NCBI GenBank assembly: GCA_964387845.1
Contig: CAYLXA010000010.1
Location: 37,059 to 101,058 of the forward strand
Length of the DNA stretch: 64,000 nt
Reading direction: 5' to 3'
Origin: an uncultured bacterium
GTDB lineage: Bacteria > Omnitrophota > Omnitrophia > Omnitrophales > Abzuiibacteriaceae
A model generated the notes under the pieces. It did no database searches. It was not told where the DNA came from and saw only the letters and a list, made by a program, of their open reading frames with translations. Below are positions 9,001-14,643 of this stretch, in pieces; the stretch's first letter is position 1; each line of letters begins with the position of its first letter. Both the position numbers and the translations under genes were made by a program.

Positions 9001-9178
9001 GCACCAAACTTCTCAACTCGGAAAGTGCGGCGGGAGAATTGGCGGTGAGGCGCGGGACGTTCAGCGACGGAACGGAGGAAGCATAGGAATTAGGAATGGA
9101 CGGAGATAGTCCGATGGTGTTCTGGATTGAAAAGCAGAAGATGATCAGAATCGCGGTAATTTTAAGGTATTGCTTCAA
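1..9178 (-). CDS. giant multidomain membrane-anchored protein, 3'-partial (>=3059 codons; stop codon beyond window start). N to C: signal-anchor TM, S/P-rich linker, TM, alpha-rich domain, linkers carrying R[SA]ELR motifs, TM pair plus HELTH zincin-like module, ~980-aa unknown region, basic repeat region, TM plus HEGTH zincin-like module, HD phosphohydrolase domain, beta-propeller-like repeats
   Basis: Hand translation of minus strand: no TTA/CTA/TCA in frame (plus triplets starting at positions = 2 mod 3) from 9196 down to 1; upstream in-frame stop at 9197-9199. TTG at 9178-9176 is preceded by AGGAAA (9190-9185, 6-nt spacer) and followed by K-rich then hydrophobic N-terminus (LKQYLKITAILIIFCFSIQNTIG). 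HELTH at 5936-5950, HEGTH at 2033-2047, HD motifs (LFHREGG, VLHDIGK at ~1166-1171, FPGHELES, IIKHHIF, TTTLDLLG) between ~1000 and 1400. Absent from the ORF track because no stop codon lies inside the window. Confidence 0.6.
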   Translation of the reverse strand, partial: MKQYLKITAILIIFCFSIQNTIGLSPSIPNSYASSVPSLNVPRLTANSPAALSELRSLVQNQSSESSFVNRESVAKHDTRVTNPEANHAEPLHRDTFHEIRNTQKKSELRTKEKDKTKETKGGTDLSRRTVIKYGLGLTVSGSLIAGTIYAVRKSFKQNKSLMDEIQLSRADLASVQNAIQKTIDWLIAKGYPNTDILKNYSELVKQAKLLPQEAANLGIHFQKTIDENGKIDLEINVKSFFDSVKLINQFPYAEDYFVENLASVIVREAYGVHYLSKSKNWMPKNVSELQGVMQEFQKIPLGERRWPQKSGIPNFAVKHLSDISRLAAENISSEFYESFSQFRFLHWAYNQDLYHPLFIENALKQKRNTALFNQRIKQARLFDSKGNPEVILEESLRYHAFLVISRQNKGGLTIAQEYLFLFYLIGADARHLIDLVDLANQIQFGARPYQVSSDYFKSITKELWPWVENHITKVLQLPLSRSELRLTGTLKSGNPVLVIGNLGGEWFESAFQDSNVSFQNHDITSDFSKININLFKIDLNQSNIFFYASQSAINAVQFLKFLFHPVHPLTKSTELAFKMLQNDAEFTLFRIFGAGLWNFGHRIFSSFLKFAREGTFFISNNQGFVNIKNSDNKIVKKAPNLNPVHAESSARAELRTVRTSTPADSKSELLQQRAARTLPQRAAMPKPSLSPLGSRAELRSEPIENGASREKSAFDRLLAEHWNGRSMSAKRFNQVVHDYFNWLMNHTLHGYVQEGLNTVDSESGALIFGPLEASIGINEEKAPYVFETDINDADKEWKEVSDIRMQLWGKYFYGKNGALWQAYDDLNQNDSSPNPFNLPPRNEISMEQVSAKQKQIVDDYLHQFSTRSIAMARLIQAFTDRQLQELDGMEEEKVRLALQHLLDIDLRKSRSELRESNKPFVFQLDQEQRKIVREEVEFFINRYAVDLSVQQKEELINRLTDSIGVAIEQPKAYLTFLSIFLSLLSGIFSIFSLKYFLERKNKTKSKQKLTRRDFLFGFAAIGLAAVGVTIWIKNKPTAVAMLPDTLATGFDYGIRINPNELKRMGSGWGLRLLIAHELTHKFGKKLRSGLKYIDNDALLAEGYAALRILQKSKGDLNILKQSFFEKYVKGNFNKGTSIGEVMMMYVDQLPAELDRSLREAGDKAYEYAEENAIGMTRQNFGVFDPNPLTDKGQGWMYPYAVINAFIAWKLSNGNADLAFDYMDMRGKGVSVREAVKLIRQKQSQSRSELRQNSETMQIVPKPRPSSSRRISKEEDLSQTDALPYLASLSNEERQYRESQLFAHQITVSDFIRLGRISTAALLDRADLLERAWLLSPESHSALLKTDDPRLFMVNWDEQKLLAAAGEGRFISYVSSQTQKIGNTTGGEAGLGIQVDPQESYRFLIREMELADHFRTNKVRDSSRSQLLRDFLMGQRAQPSGFMIPRRLHAYQDSIFQRLQKRRPPFITSFSYLRNGQLHEAKVPVKWALFQYPTGEPRVIWTRDSADDKRRPQMQVHLLPFRPAVGTLEFDALTGFQPKQGIIFPDQFEQVRKELFHLTFQRESGPPAVRILKEAVLKHVRKGKYANTVFFPLPKAKNMRRLYLPSQYFSNRDDLEITVFSFKQNVYWRVRRIARGKVSNKPEHQVVFYVDLETKQFLKDEEEFQRRIQQWIKTGEEPLPIEPKTITHSHNHNRHQTGIFLKPKNTRFFIPLRPKWAGVGTPEKPRRFFMVFRNVQEKQDGRTFTKRIDLYSTNPKTDRKGHLVDFVYSAYLTDRGLVGVQKFVPGPLEGTERYLIQLEAKRLGYWAETGNLKITKAGRDRKPLSPTKSSEQTWQQWTDERGLHQDRALKQLFKNAKLIIEPTMSQDEFEEFDRRQRKSRILKIQIRSSLNKAKKHTQSSELLHAVRWLGLAGRALHLIYELNLIGAVDAKQLEDWRDELIEYEKNFEGRYGLYLDQIPEGELIQNRILLGLDIRRAGEKPAFVSWKKYFRKMKRQIDRIAASFNAKNALTHIGIEEAVSTFQKNQSSNGRNQFEPARIYRGLAEQIARAQNGNGNMESLFIRAQKEVGYAIRDWTKQNGPIHWWIKDQMLEAVLSEQLPVRSKVHVSNHRSELRKRGVPFEYPTEGSVRRELKKREKKKWKSHARELTRGKHRDRALYNAAKRFGIQLPAAPLSLKYSTRASVHKAKRIRKKKGLNNHREALMYGEHRDRALAHAAAEFNIKLPSGNSRAELRASENGRKNKERRQGVKSEEPAKKFWLPSRRQIIIGAGTTALFAAWPILRWIRTPEFLPEIQAVVDRLEKIASEISNLDDQKTALKFIEAFKKNPVLDDTLLSSLQRHSYARIKTSLDGSVTHVTINRDFALHFPPLIIKYVMIHEGTHLINAALAREADEGMKYLIDFVKQLHGKSDMEPLITSPEAFKKVVRSVDMHLEDEWLAYRREYRALVRDLNQMGNAQRFTQKLFEGLGNDLQSQRRNAVVLQYFQSVIAQLDANKEPDELTIKANVLRSILEADWVARGLPESQGFYGMFLVFVYQKVRGTADQFIIAPNPGNSRMSLRVTDYRRLVQWIKEQRSELRQYGPASALDELVKQLSGIPDQYADFLETPHYHSLFHREGGQNAKLQDHLQAILSALNQIDRNTTAPKDAINLIKDWNAKDRAILEAFIVLHDIGKKTKMQFKENGDHSFPGHELESFRVLSDNHIHFGEMDVSSNALLKLIIKHHIFAFSIHRAQQLEKLRQEFEQAGIRGEDQFNQAIELMIATTTLDLLGSYATDDGQHVSLDPVVNFLRTFSNYKKIVQLKKDIGYDSLELSQKSNLDSKILGALGKEQGEITDQMIAEARAQIKKLMEAKPETRSELRQNNERFFHISSQDMPREMVARGNAAYILTSFTGDILAVDLDRKALMSEKWSNGRLNLSDEVKKIDPEARINSLAVSEDGQTLYAAYYRKTDVHPVDDRARKGQAYIHAFRMSDGKPDHAKFEKGVLDLKQVFPDEIVSTPLITFTQGVLFFTGLGSSKVYALDPVSGHLRTDKLKEGVYERNAKLFQYVRYLRSNQDH
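7079..7250 (-). other. GC-rich hairpin-dense segment inside the giant ORF, encoding a disordered linker with three R[AS]EL[RL]-type motif copies
   Basis: Mutually exclusive stems gctcggc(ccttga)gccgagc and ccttgagcc(gagcg)ggctcaagg at 7083-7111; further stems acttcga/tcgaagt (~7174-7198) and agtcctca/tgaggact (~7208-7237). Confidence 0.4.
7299..7327 (+). promoter_or_regulatory. sigma70-type promoter: -35 TTGACA (7299-7304), 17-nt spacer, extended -10 TGaTATAAA (7319-7327), with an AT-rich UP-like tract at 7262-7298
   Basis: Exact hexamer matches and spacing read directly from the sequence; lies inside the giant minus-strand ORF and points at the 7373 ATG. Confidence 0.55.
7373..7720 (+). CDS. 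small coiled-coil protein (115 aa) encoded antisense to, and codon-aligned with, the giant minus-strand ORF; could be an overlapping antisense gene or a shadow ORF
   Basis: ORF track entry (MTKIPKPGSEYSEEREFRVILEHLESQF...). RBS AGGAAAGAAGAG at 7353-7364, 8 nt before the ATG. Near-consensus sigma70 promoter 46 nt upstream. Leu and Ser codons avoid TTA/CTA/TCA, so the opposite-strand frame stays open. Confidence 0.45.
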   Translation: MTKIPKPGSEYSEEREFRVILEHLESQFRTFGEGMNRMEQKLQKLDGIDRRLTSVEEDVGLIKVNLKQINIDLREVRGDIMVLKTDVRVLKSAFKPFTAQVSDHEHRISALERSR

Positions 9179-9188
9179 GCGAAGTTTC

Positions 9189-9207
9189 CTACTTTCTTAA
9201 GAAGTAG
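9189..9207 (-). promoter_or_regulatory. 5'UTR stem-loop (CTACTT-TCTTAAG-AAGTAG) overlapping the RBS of the giant ORF
   Basis: Inverted repeat ctactt / aagtag around a palindromic CTTAAG core; no U-run follows on the minus transcript, so it is unlikely to be a terminator. Confidence 0.35.
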
Positions 9208-9210
9208 TAA

Positions 9211-9239
9211 AGTGTACCTTAAAATACCGGATATTTCAA
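9211..9239 (-). promoter_or_regulatory. candidate promoter of the giant gene (minus strand): -35 TTGAAA (9239-9234), 17-nt spacer, -10 TACACT (9216-9211)
   Basis: Read from the reverse complement of 9211-9239; lies between the upstream pilin-like gene stop (9276) and the 5'UTR hairpin/RBS of the giant ORF. Confidence 0.3.
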
Positions 9240-9275
9240 ATTTACGACCTAATAATTAAAAGTAACAGATAAAGT

Positions 9276-9551
9276 TTATCTGAAATCTTTATACTTATCA
9301 TTCAGCGTTTTTTGGATATCTTTTACCTGCGCTTTTGCCTGCTCGCCCAACCCAATTTGGGTCTGAGTATAACCGCCGGTTAATTGATCAAACAGGCCTT
9401 GTGAGGCGGCCTGCTTTCCCTGCTTCGGATGTTTTTGTTCCTTCTTCCCGATCCACTGGTCTAAGTAGCCCATTTTCCCCGCGATTAAGAACATAATGAT
9501 AATCAGCGCAATTAAAAGATTGATTAAATTGAACCCTTTTTCGTTTTTCAT
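9276..9551 (-). CDS. small prepilin-like N-terminal domain protein (91 aa; G-FNLIN motif, no Glu5)
   Basis: Internal ATG of track ORF 9276..9740 preceded by AAAAGGAGACATC; N-terminus MKNEKGFNLINLLIALIIIMFLIAG resembles a class III signal peptide/pilin helix; the upstream Cys/Arg-rich extension is rejected. Confidence 0.5.
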   Translation of the reverse strand: MKNEKGFNLINLLIALIIIMFLIAGKMGYLDQWIGKKEQKHPKQGKQAASQGLFDQLTGGYTQTQIGLGEQAKAQVKDIQKTLNDKYKDFR

Positions 9552-9562
9552 GATGTCTCCTT

Positions 9563-10723
9563 TTAAGAAATCATTCTCAAAATTTGGGCACATAAAAGCC
9601 CGGCGTAAGTTCCGGCGATATTTCCCAAAATGCCGAGCAAGAGGCCAACAGGTGCAAGCTGCGGATGATAAACCGCCGCCACAATCGGCGCCGACACCGG
9701 CCCGCCGATATTCGCCTGGCTTGCGGCAGCGGCAAGGCACATCGGCGATCTTGTGATCCGGGATGCGGCAACTAAAAATGCCGCATGAATCAAAACAATG
9801 AGAAATCCCGCCGCAATCAATATCGGCACTCCGCCGATTTCATTCAAATTTGCTTTTGCGCCGATCGATGCCAAGACAAGATAAAGCAGCCCATAGCCGA
9901 TTTTTGAGGCGCCGTAAGATTCTAATTTCCTCACACGCGTAAACGAACCCAAAATGCCAATCGCGGTCGCGATTAAGATGGCCCAGGTCGTCACAGAAAA
10001 TCCGGCGGTTACCGGAACCAACCGGGCCAAATAAATTGAGATGATGAGGCCGATAAATGCGGTGCACAAAATTAATCCTGTTTTTTGCGCAGACAAGCGT
10101 ACCCCCGCCCCTTTCGGAACCGTCCCTTTAGCTCCGAGCGAAACAACCATTCTCTGATTTGATTGATTCCATTGGTCGTAGCGGTGCTGAAATGTTTGGA
10201 GCGCAATCAAAATAGCCATCCACGAATAAGCAACGACGATATCGACAATCACCATCGGCAGAAAAATAGGATCCGGAACCTGAATTGCTTCTTTGACGGC
10301 AATCATGTTGGCGCTTCCGCCGGTCCAGGACCCGGAAAGCGCCGCAAAACCCATCCACGCATCAGTGCCGAGCCATGGCTTAAAAATCGTCACGACAATG
10401 AGCGTTCCGGCAAAAATTCCGGCACTTCCTGCGAACATCATGAAAAGCGCATACGGGCCTAATTTTAAAATGGCGGGAATATCAACACCAAGCAGAAGCA
10501 AAATCAAACTTGCCGGCAAAAGATAAGTTGAAATAGCCGAATAAACAACGCTTTCCGACGGAATAATTCCCGCAGCGCTGAAAATCATCGGCAAAAAATA
10601 AATCCAGAAAACGGCGGGGAGAAAGCGGAAATATTTTGAAAATTTTGGCTGAGACGACATTCGAAGAACTGATAACTCGATCGTGATTAAGGCAATCACA
10701 ACGAGAATAGGATTTTGCATCAC
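9563..10723 (-). CDS. DUF819-like polytopic membrane protein
   Basis: 386-aa ORF, highly hydrophobic with ~10 predicted TM helices; family assignment is from memory of similar sequences. Confidence 0.55.
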   Translation of the reverse strand: MMQNPILVVIALITIELSVLRMSSQPKFSKYFRFLPAVFWIYFLPMIFSAAGIIPSESVVYSAISTYLLPASLILLLLGVDIPAILKLGPYALFMMFAGSAGIFAGTLIVVTIFKPWLGTDAWMGFAALSGSWTGGSANMIAVKEAIQVPDPIFLPMVIVDIVVAYSWMAILIALQTFQHRYDQWNQSNQRMVVSLGAKGTVPKGAGVRLSAQKTGLILCTAFIGLIISIYLARLVPVTAGFSVTTWAILIATAIGILGSFTRVRKLESYGASKIGYGLLYLVLASIGAKANLNEIGGVPILIAAGFLIVLIHAAFLVAASRITRSPMCLAAAASQANIGGPVSAPIVAAVYHPQLAPVGLLLGILGNIAGTYAGLLCAQILRMIS

Positions 10724-11859
10724 GATGAGATTGTGTGCCTAACGGGTTCGGTCCCGATTCCTGATTTAATTTTTTCTAAATCATACGTTCCGTCTTTACC
10801 CGCAAAATTTTTTGTCATGATTTTGTCTTTGATGAAAAACGGCGCATCCAGGTCCACAAAATCAAACCCGCCGAATCCGGCGGCAAAATGTGCCGCCGCG
10901 GTGGTCGCAAGCTCCGATTCCATCATTTGGCCGATCATGAGTTTTAAATTCGATTGCTTGGCCAGCCGAGCGGCCTCCAAGGCCTCCAGAAGGCCGAATT
11001 TCATGAATTTAATGTTAATCGCATTTGCCGCACGTTTTTTAATCAGTTTTTTGACATCCGCAAGCGTGGAAACGGTCTCATCCGCAACAACCGTTAACTT
11101 GCCTTCGCGCGTTACCTTGGCAAGGCCTTCCCAATCATTCTTCGCAACCGGCTGTTCGATTAAAACAGGTTCGATTTTAAATTTCCGGAGCGTTTTTAAG
11201 AAACGGATCGTTTCTTCGGCTGTCAATTTTGCGTTTGCATCCAAATAAATCACCGAATTTTTGATCACTTTCTTAATCCGTAAGGTTCTTTCAAGATCAA
11301 GCTCTTCCCCGGCCCCGATTTTGATTTTAAAAGTGCGAATCCCGCGTTTTAAAATATTTTTAGCCGATTTTTCGGCATCTTCCGCACTGCCGAGCACAAT
11401 CGTCATCGCGGTCTTCAACTCTTTTGGTTTTGATCCGAAAAATTTCCAGAACGGGATTTTCTGGCTGCGCGTCAATGCATCCAAAAGCGCCATTTCAAGC
11501 GCCGCCAGTGCAGCTTTGTTTTTGGCTAATTTTTCACGGGATGAATTTGAAATATCCACACAGGTAGAAAAATCTCTCCCCGCAAGTTCTTGCGCAATTT
11601 GATTCAAATGGCCCAATGTTTCTTCGACGGTTTCGCCGGTAATGTGCACTGCAACACCCGCTTCGCCATAGCCCGAAATTCCGTTGTCTAATTCAACGGA
11701 AAATAAAACATTGTCGAGGATATCGTGCTGGCCGAACGCAGTCCGGAAGGGCTGTGTGAGTTTAGCTTGAAGCGAAATTGCGGCAGCACTGACGATCGTG
11801 GCCCTCATTTTTATTGATCGATCTGAATAATTACTCATGGGAATGAGGGCGGAGCTCAT
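10720..11859 (-). CDS. enolase-superfamily enzyme (dipeptide epimerase / muconate cycloisomerase-like)
   Basis: KxK catalytic motif in RTFKIKIGAGEELDLERTLRIKKV; length typical of the MR/MLE fold. Confidence 0.7.
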   Translation of the reverse strand: MSSALIPMSNYSDRSIKMRATIVSAAAISLQAKLTQPFRTAFGQHDILDNVLFSVELDNGISGYGEAGVAVHITGETVEETLGHLNQIAQELAGRDFSTCVDISNSSREKLAKNKAALAALEMALLDALTRSQKIPFWKFFGSKPKELKTAMTIVLGSAEDAEKSAKNILKRGIRTFKIKIGAGEELDLERTLRIKKVIKNSVIYLDANAKLTAEETIRFLKTLRKFKIEPVLIEQPVAKNDWEGLAKVTREGKLTVVADETVSTLADVKKLIKKRAANAINIKFMKFGLLEALEAARLAKQSNLKLMIGQMMESELATTAAAHFAAGFGGFDFVDLDAPFFIKDKIMTKNFAGKDGTYDLEKIKSGIGTEPVRHTISS

Positions 11860-11904
11860 TCTTTATAAAACAATTTGCTCCTCCAATGAAAATGAGACTC
11901 CGCA

Positions 11905-12474
11905 TCAAATATCCTTCGACGCGGTATAAATAATGCAGGTGATGACAACCAGCGCCGAAAGAACAAGGCGAGCGACAACATGCTGATTAAACGCATACCC
12001 ATGATGATCAAATTCCAATTGAACGGACTTTCCGTCAAACTGGATGGTCTCCGGTTTTTCCGATTCCATTTCAACTTCAATGCCGCCGGCCAAAACACCG
12101 TAATAAGTTTTGCCGATTCCGGTTCCTACAATTACCGCGATTAAAATAGCACCAAAGACCCAGGCATTAAGCACTTGCTTGCGCCGAACCTGGCGGGCTT
12201 GTTCTTCCAAAATCGCTTTGTCGGCCAGCGCGCGCGATGCAGCGGCGGTTTTGATGGCTTTTTCGCGGAACCAATTGACGTCTTCCAGCGTTTTGGCTTC
12301 GTCAACAAACTTAATAAATTCTTCAAGCCGCTCCCTCTTCACTTCGTCCGTTTCAGTTTCGACAAACCGGTGGAATGCGGCTTTGGCTTCGGGAAGCGCG
12401 ATTTCCTCTTGGGATTGGAACTCTTTTTTCCGGTCTCGGGCAAGCTTCTCTATATCAGAATCTTCGGGGTCCAT
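11905..12474 (-). CDS. hypothetical protein with N-terminal coiled coil and TM segments
   Basis: 189-aa ORF; charged N-terminal half followed by hydrophobic helices. Confidence 0.45.
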   Translation of the reverse strand: MDPEDSDIEKLARDRKKEFQSQEEIALPEAKAAFHRFVETETDEVKRERLEEFIKFVDEAKTLEDVNWFREKAIKTAAASRALADKAILEEQARQVRRKQVLNAWVFGAILIAVIVGTGIGKTYYGVLAGGIEVEMESEKPETIQFDGKSVQLEFDHHGYAFNQHVVARLVLSALVVITCIIYTASKDI

Positions 12475-12488
12475 ACACTACTTATCGG

Positions 12489-13184
12489 CTAGTGCGCTAC
12501 TTTTTTCCAATCATCCAAAATTCGGCATTGGTGGCCGAATTTAATGATACGCGTCGCGATTTTCTCGATAAAGACAGGCTCGTGCGTCACAATCAGCATC
12601 GTGAGGCCGTCTTTGGCAAGGTCCGACATCACTTTGACGATTTCTTCCTTCATTTCGGGATCAAGACTGGAGGTCGGCTCATCAAACAGGACCGCTTTCG
12701 GATGCATGGCAAGCGCTCTTGCGATTCCGACGCGCTGCTGCTGGCCGCCTGAAAGTGATTGTGGATGTGCGGCTGCTTTTTGCTCCAAGCCGACGTGTTT
12801 AAGTAATTTCAGTGCATTTTCGCGGGCTTGCTCCGGATGTTCTTTCAATACTTGGATTGGACCGATCGTGAGATTTTCAAGCACTGTGAGATGCGGAAAC
12901 AAATTAAAAAACTGAAACACAAATCCCAACCGCTCGCGGACCGATTTTATTTTTAGTTTTTCTTTGCGGACATCCATATCGGCATAAAGCTCGACATCGC
13001 CTACGCTCACCGTGCCCTGCTGAAATGGTTCTAAATATGTGAGGCAGCGCAGAAAAGTGCTTTTCCCGACACCGGACGGGCCTTTGAAAACGATGACGTC
13101 ACCTTCATCCACCGTCAAATTTAAATCTTTGACGACCTCGTGATTCCCGTAAAATTTGGAGAGATTCTTAACTTCGATGCGCAT
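12489..13184 (-). CDS. polar amino-acid ABC transporter ATP-binding protein
   Basis: Walker A GPSGVGKST, ABC signature LSGGQQQR, Walker B VLFDEPTS. Confidence 0.85.
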   Translation of the reverse strand: MRIEVKNLSKFYGNHEVVKDLNLTVDEGDVIVFKGPSGVGKSTFLRCLTYLEPFQQGTVSVGDVELYADMDVRKEKLKIKSVRERLGFVFQFFNLFPHLTVLENLTIGPIQVLKEHPEQARENALKLLKHVGLEQKAAAHPQSLSGGQQQRVGIARALAMHPKAVLFDEPTSSLDPEMKEEIVKVMSDLAKDGLTMLIVTHEPVFIEKIATRIIKFGHQCRILDDWKKVAH

Positions 13185-14634
13185 TCTGCCTCCTCTCCAA
13201 CGAACGAGACCAAAGTGACAGCGGAAAACTCATCAGAAAATATAAAAGCGCGGTCAGCAATCCAAGTTCCAGAAAGCGGTAAGTGGTTGTCGCGGCCTGT
13301 GAATATGCGCGCGTGAGTTCCGTTACAGTGATGATCGAAACAAGCGATGTGTCTTTGAAAAGCGCGATAAAATCATTGGTGCTGGGCGGCAGCGAAATCC
13401 GGAATGCCTGCGGGACAATAATAAAGCGCAAACTTTGCCGGGTATTCATACCGAGCGATCTTGCGGCCTCATCCTGGCCCTTAGGAACGGATAAAAGCCC
13501 CGCACGATAGATTTCAGCCTCGTAAGCCGCATAATTAAGCCCCAGGCCCAGCAGGGCTGCCACAAAGGCATTCAGCTGAATCCCCAAATTCGGGAGCCCA
13601 TAATAGAGCAAATAAAGCTGAATCAAAAGTGGCGTTCCGCGAATTACCTCTATATAGGCATTACAAAAATAACGGACTGGTTTTACGCCGTACACTTTTC
13701 CGATACAAAGCAAAAATCCCACAAAAACCGCGAGCGCCATCGAAAACACCGACAAAACAACGGTCACCGCAGCGCCTTTTAAAATGAGCGGGATGAATCG
13801 CGAAATGGAATGAGTTTCGCTCAGACGTTTTGAATCGGGCACAGTGCTTTGTTTTAATTTCTCCTGATTCGCCGTCCACATGTTCCATTTCTTGTAAATG
13901 GCTTCGAGCTCTCCGGATTCGATTAAGCTATGCAAAGCTTCATTCATTTTTTCTCTCAAAATCGGAGAATCTTTTCGGATACCGCCCGCGTAAATTCCTT
14001 CGCTTATCGGTTCGCCGACATTTTGGAGAGCAGGATTTGGCGTTACATAAAACGCTGCAATCGGCACATCCATCAAAACCGCATCAATGCGGCCGATTTC
14101 GAGATCTTTGTACGCTTCCACAGGCGACGGATACGGAACGACCGTGATTTTTCTTTCTTCTTCCAAAATATTTTGCGCGAGTGATGCAGAAAGTGTTCCG
14201 GCTTTTTTCCCGTGAAGCGCCTCAAGCGTATTTAAATCGGAATTTTCTTTGCGGGTTGAGATTTGTTCGGAGAAATAATAATAAGGAATGGTGAAATCGA
14301 CGGATTCTTGGCGGTCTTTCGTGATTTCTAAGCCGTTAAAGGCAATGTCGAAATCGTTCCTGAGGAGCGCAGGCACCAATTGATCCCACGGAAGCTTGAC
14401 CAGTTTGGACTGAACACTCAACTTCTGCGCAACCGCCTCCATGATCTCAACTTCGAAGCCGATGATTTTTTCCGGATTTTTGACGTCCGGAAAAACAAAT
14501 GGCGCGCCGCCTGCATCATCCGCGCCCCAGCGAAGTTCGCCGGTTCGTTCGACGCGGTCCCAGGCCTCATCTGCCCGGAGAGACGGGATCTGCAAAAAAA
14601 AGAGGAGAAAAACCGGCCAAATCCATTTTTTCAT
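13168..14634 (-). CDS. fused periplasmic substrate-binding domain and permease of an amino-acid ABC transporter
   Basis: N-terminal family-3 SBP-like region with signal peptide; C-terminal permease with EAA-like loop (ARSLGMNTRQSLRFIIVPQAF); overlaps the ATPase gene. Confidence 0.75.
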   Translation of the reverse strand: MKKWIWPVFLLFFLQIPSLRADEAWDRVERTGELRWGADDAGGAPFVFPDVKNPEKIIGFEVEIMEAVAQKLSVQSKLVKLPWDQLVPALLRNDFDIAFNGLEITKDRQESVDFTIPYYYFSEQISTRKENSDLNTLEALHGKKAGTLSASLAQNILEEERKITVVPYPSPVEAYKDLEIGRIDAVLMDVPIAAFYVTPNPALQNVGEPISEGIYAGGIRKDSPILREKMNEALHSLIESGELEAIYKKWNMWTANQEKLKQSTVPDSKRLSETHSISRFIPLILKGAAVTVVLSVFSMALAVFVGFLLCIGKVYGVKPVRYFCNAYIEVIRGTPLLIQLYLLYYGLPNLGIQLNAFVAALLGLGLNYAAYEAEIYRAGLLSVPKGQDEAARSLGMNTRQSLRFIIVPQAFRISLPPSTNDFIALFKDTSLVSIITVTELTRAYSQAATTTYRFLELGLLTALLYFLMSFPLSLWSRSLERRQNAHRS

Positions 14635-14643
14635 GGGGGAATG

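Noticed and set aside
596-9025. Reading the recurring GCAGCTCGGAGCGGG-like DNA motif as CRISPR repeats or a DNA uptake/REP sequence
   Set aside because: Copies are irregularly spaced, always in the same reading frame, and show synonymous codon substitutions while the peptide R[SA]ELR is preserved. A peptide-level motif fits better.
1-9200. Suspected alternative genetic code (stop-codon reassignment) or non-coding RNA, because the ORF track shows no long ORF over 9 kb
   Set aside because: Under the standard code the minus frame is completely open across the region. The gap in the track is explained by the ORF having no in-window stop, and downstream genes in the same window use all three stops normally.
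9276-9740. Full 154-aa track ORF beginning MPCRCRKPGEYRR
   Set aside because: The Cys/Arg/Gly-rich N-terminal extension overlaps the end of the DUF819 gene and has no RBS. The internal ATG at 9551 has a strong SD.
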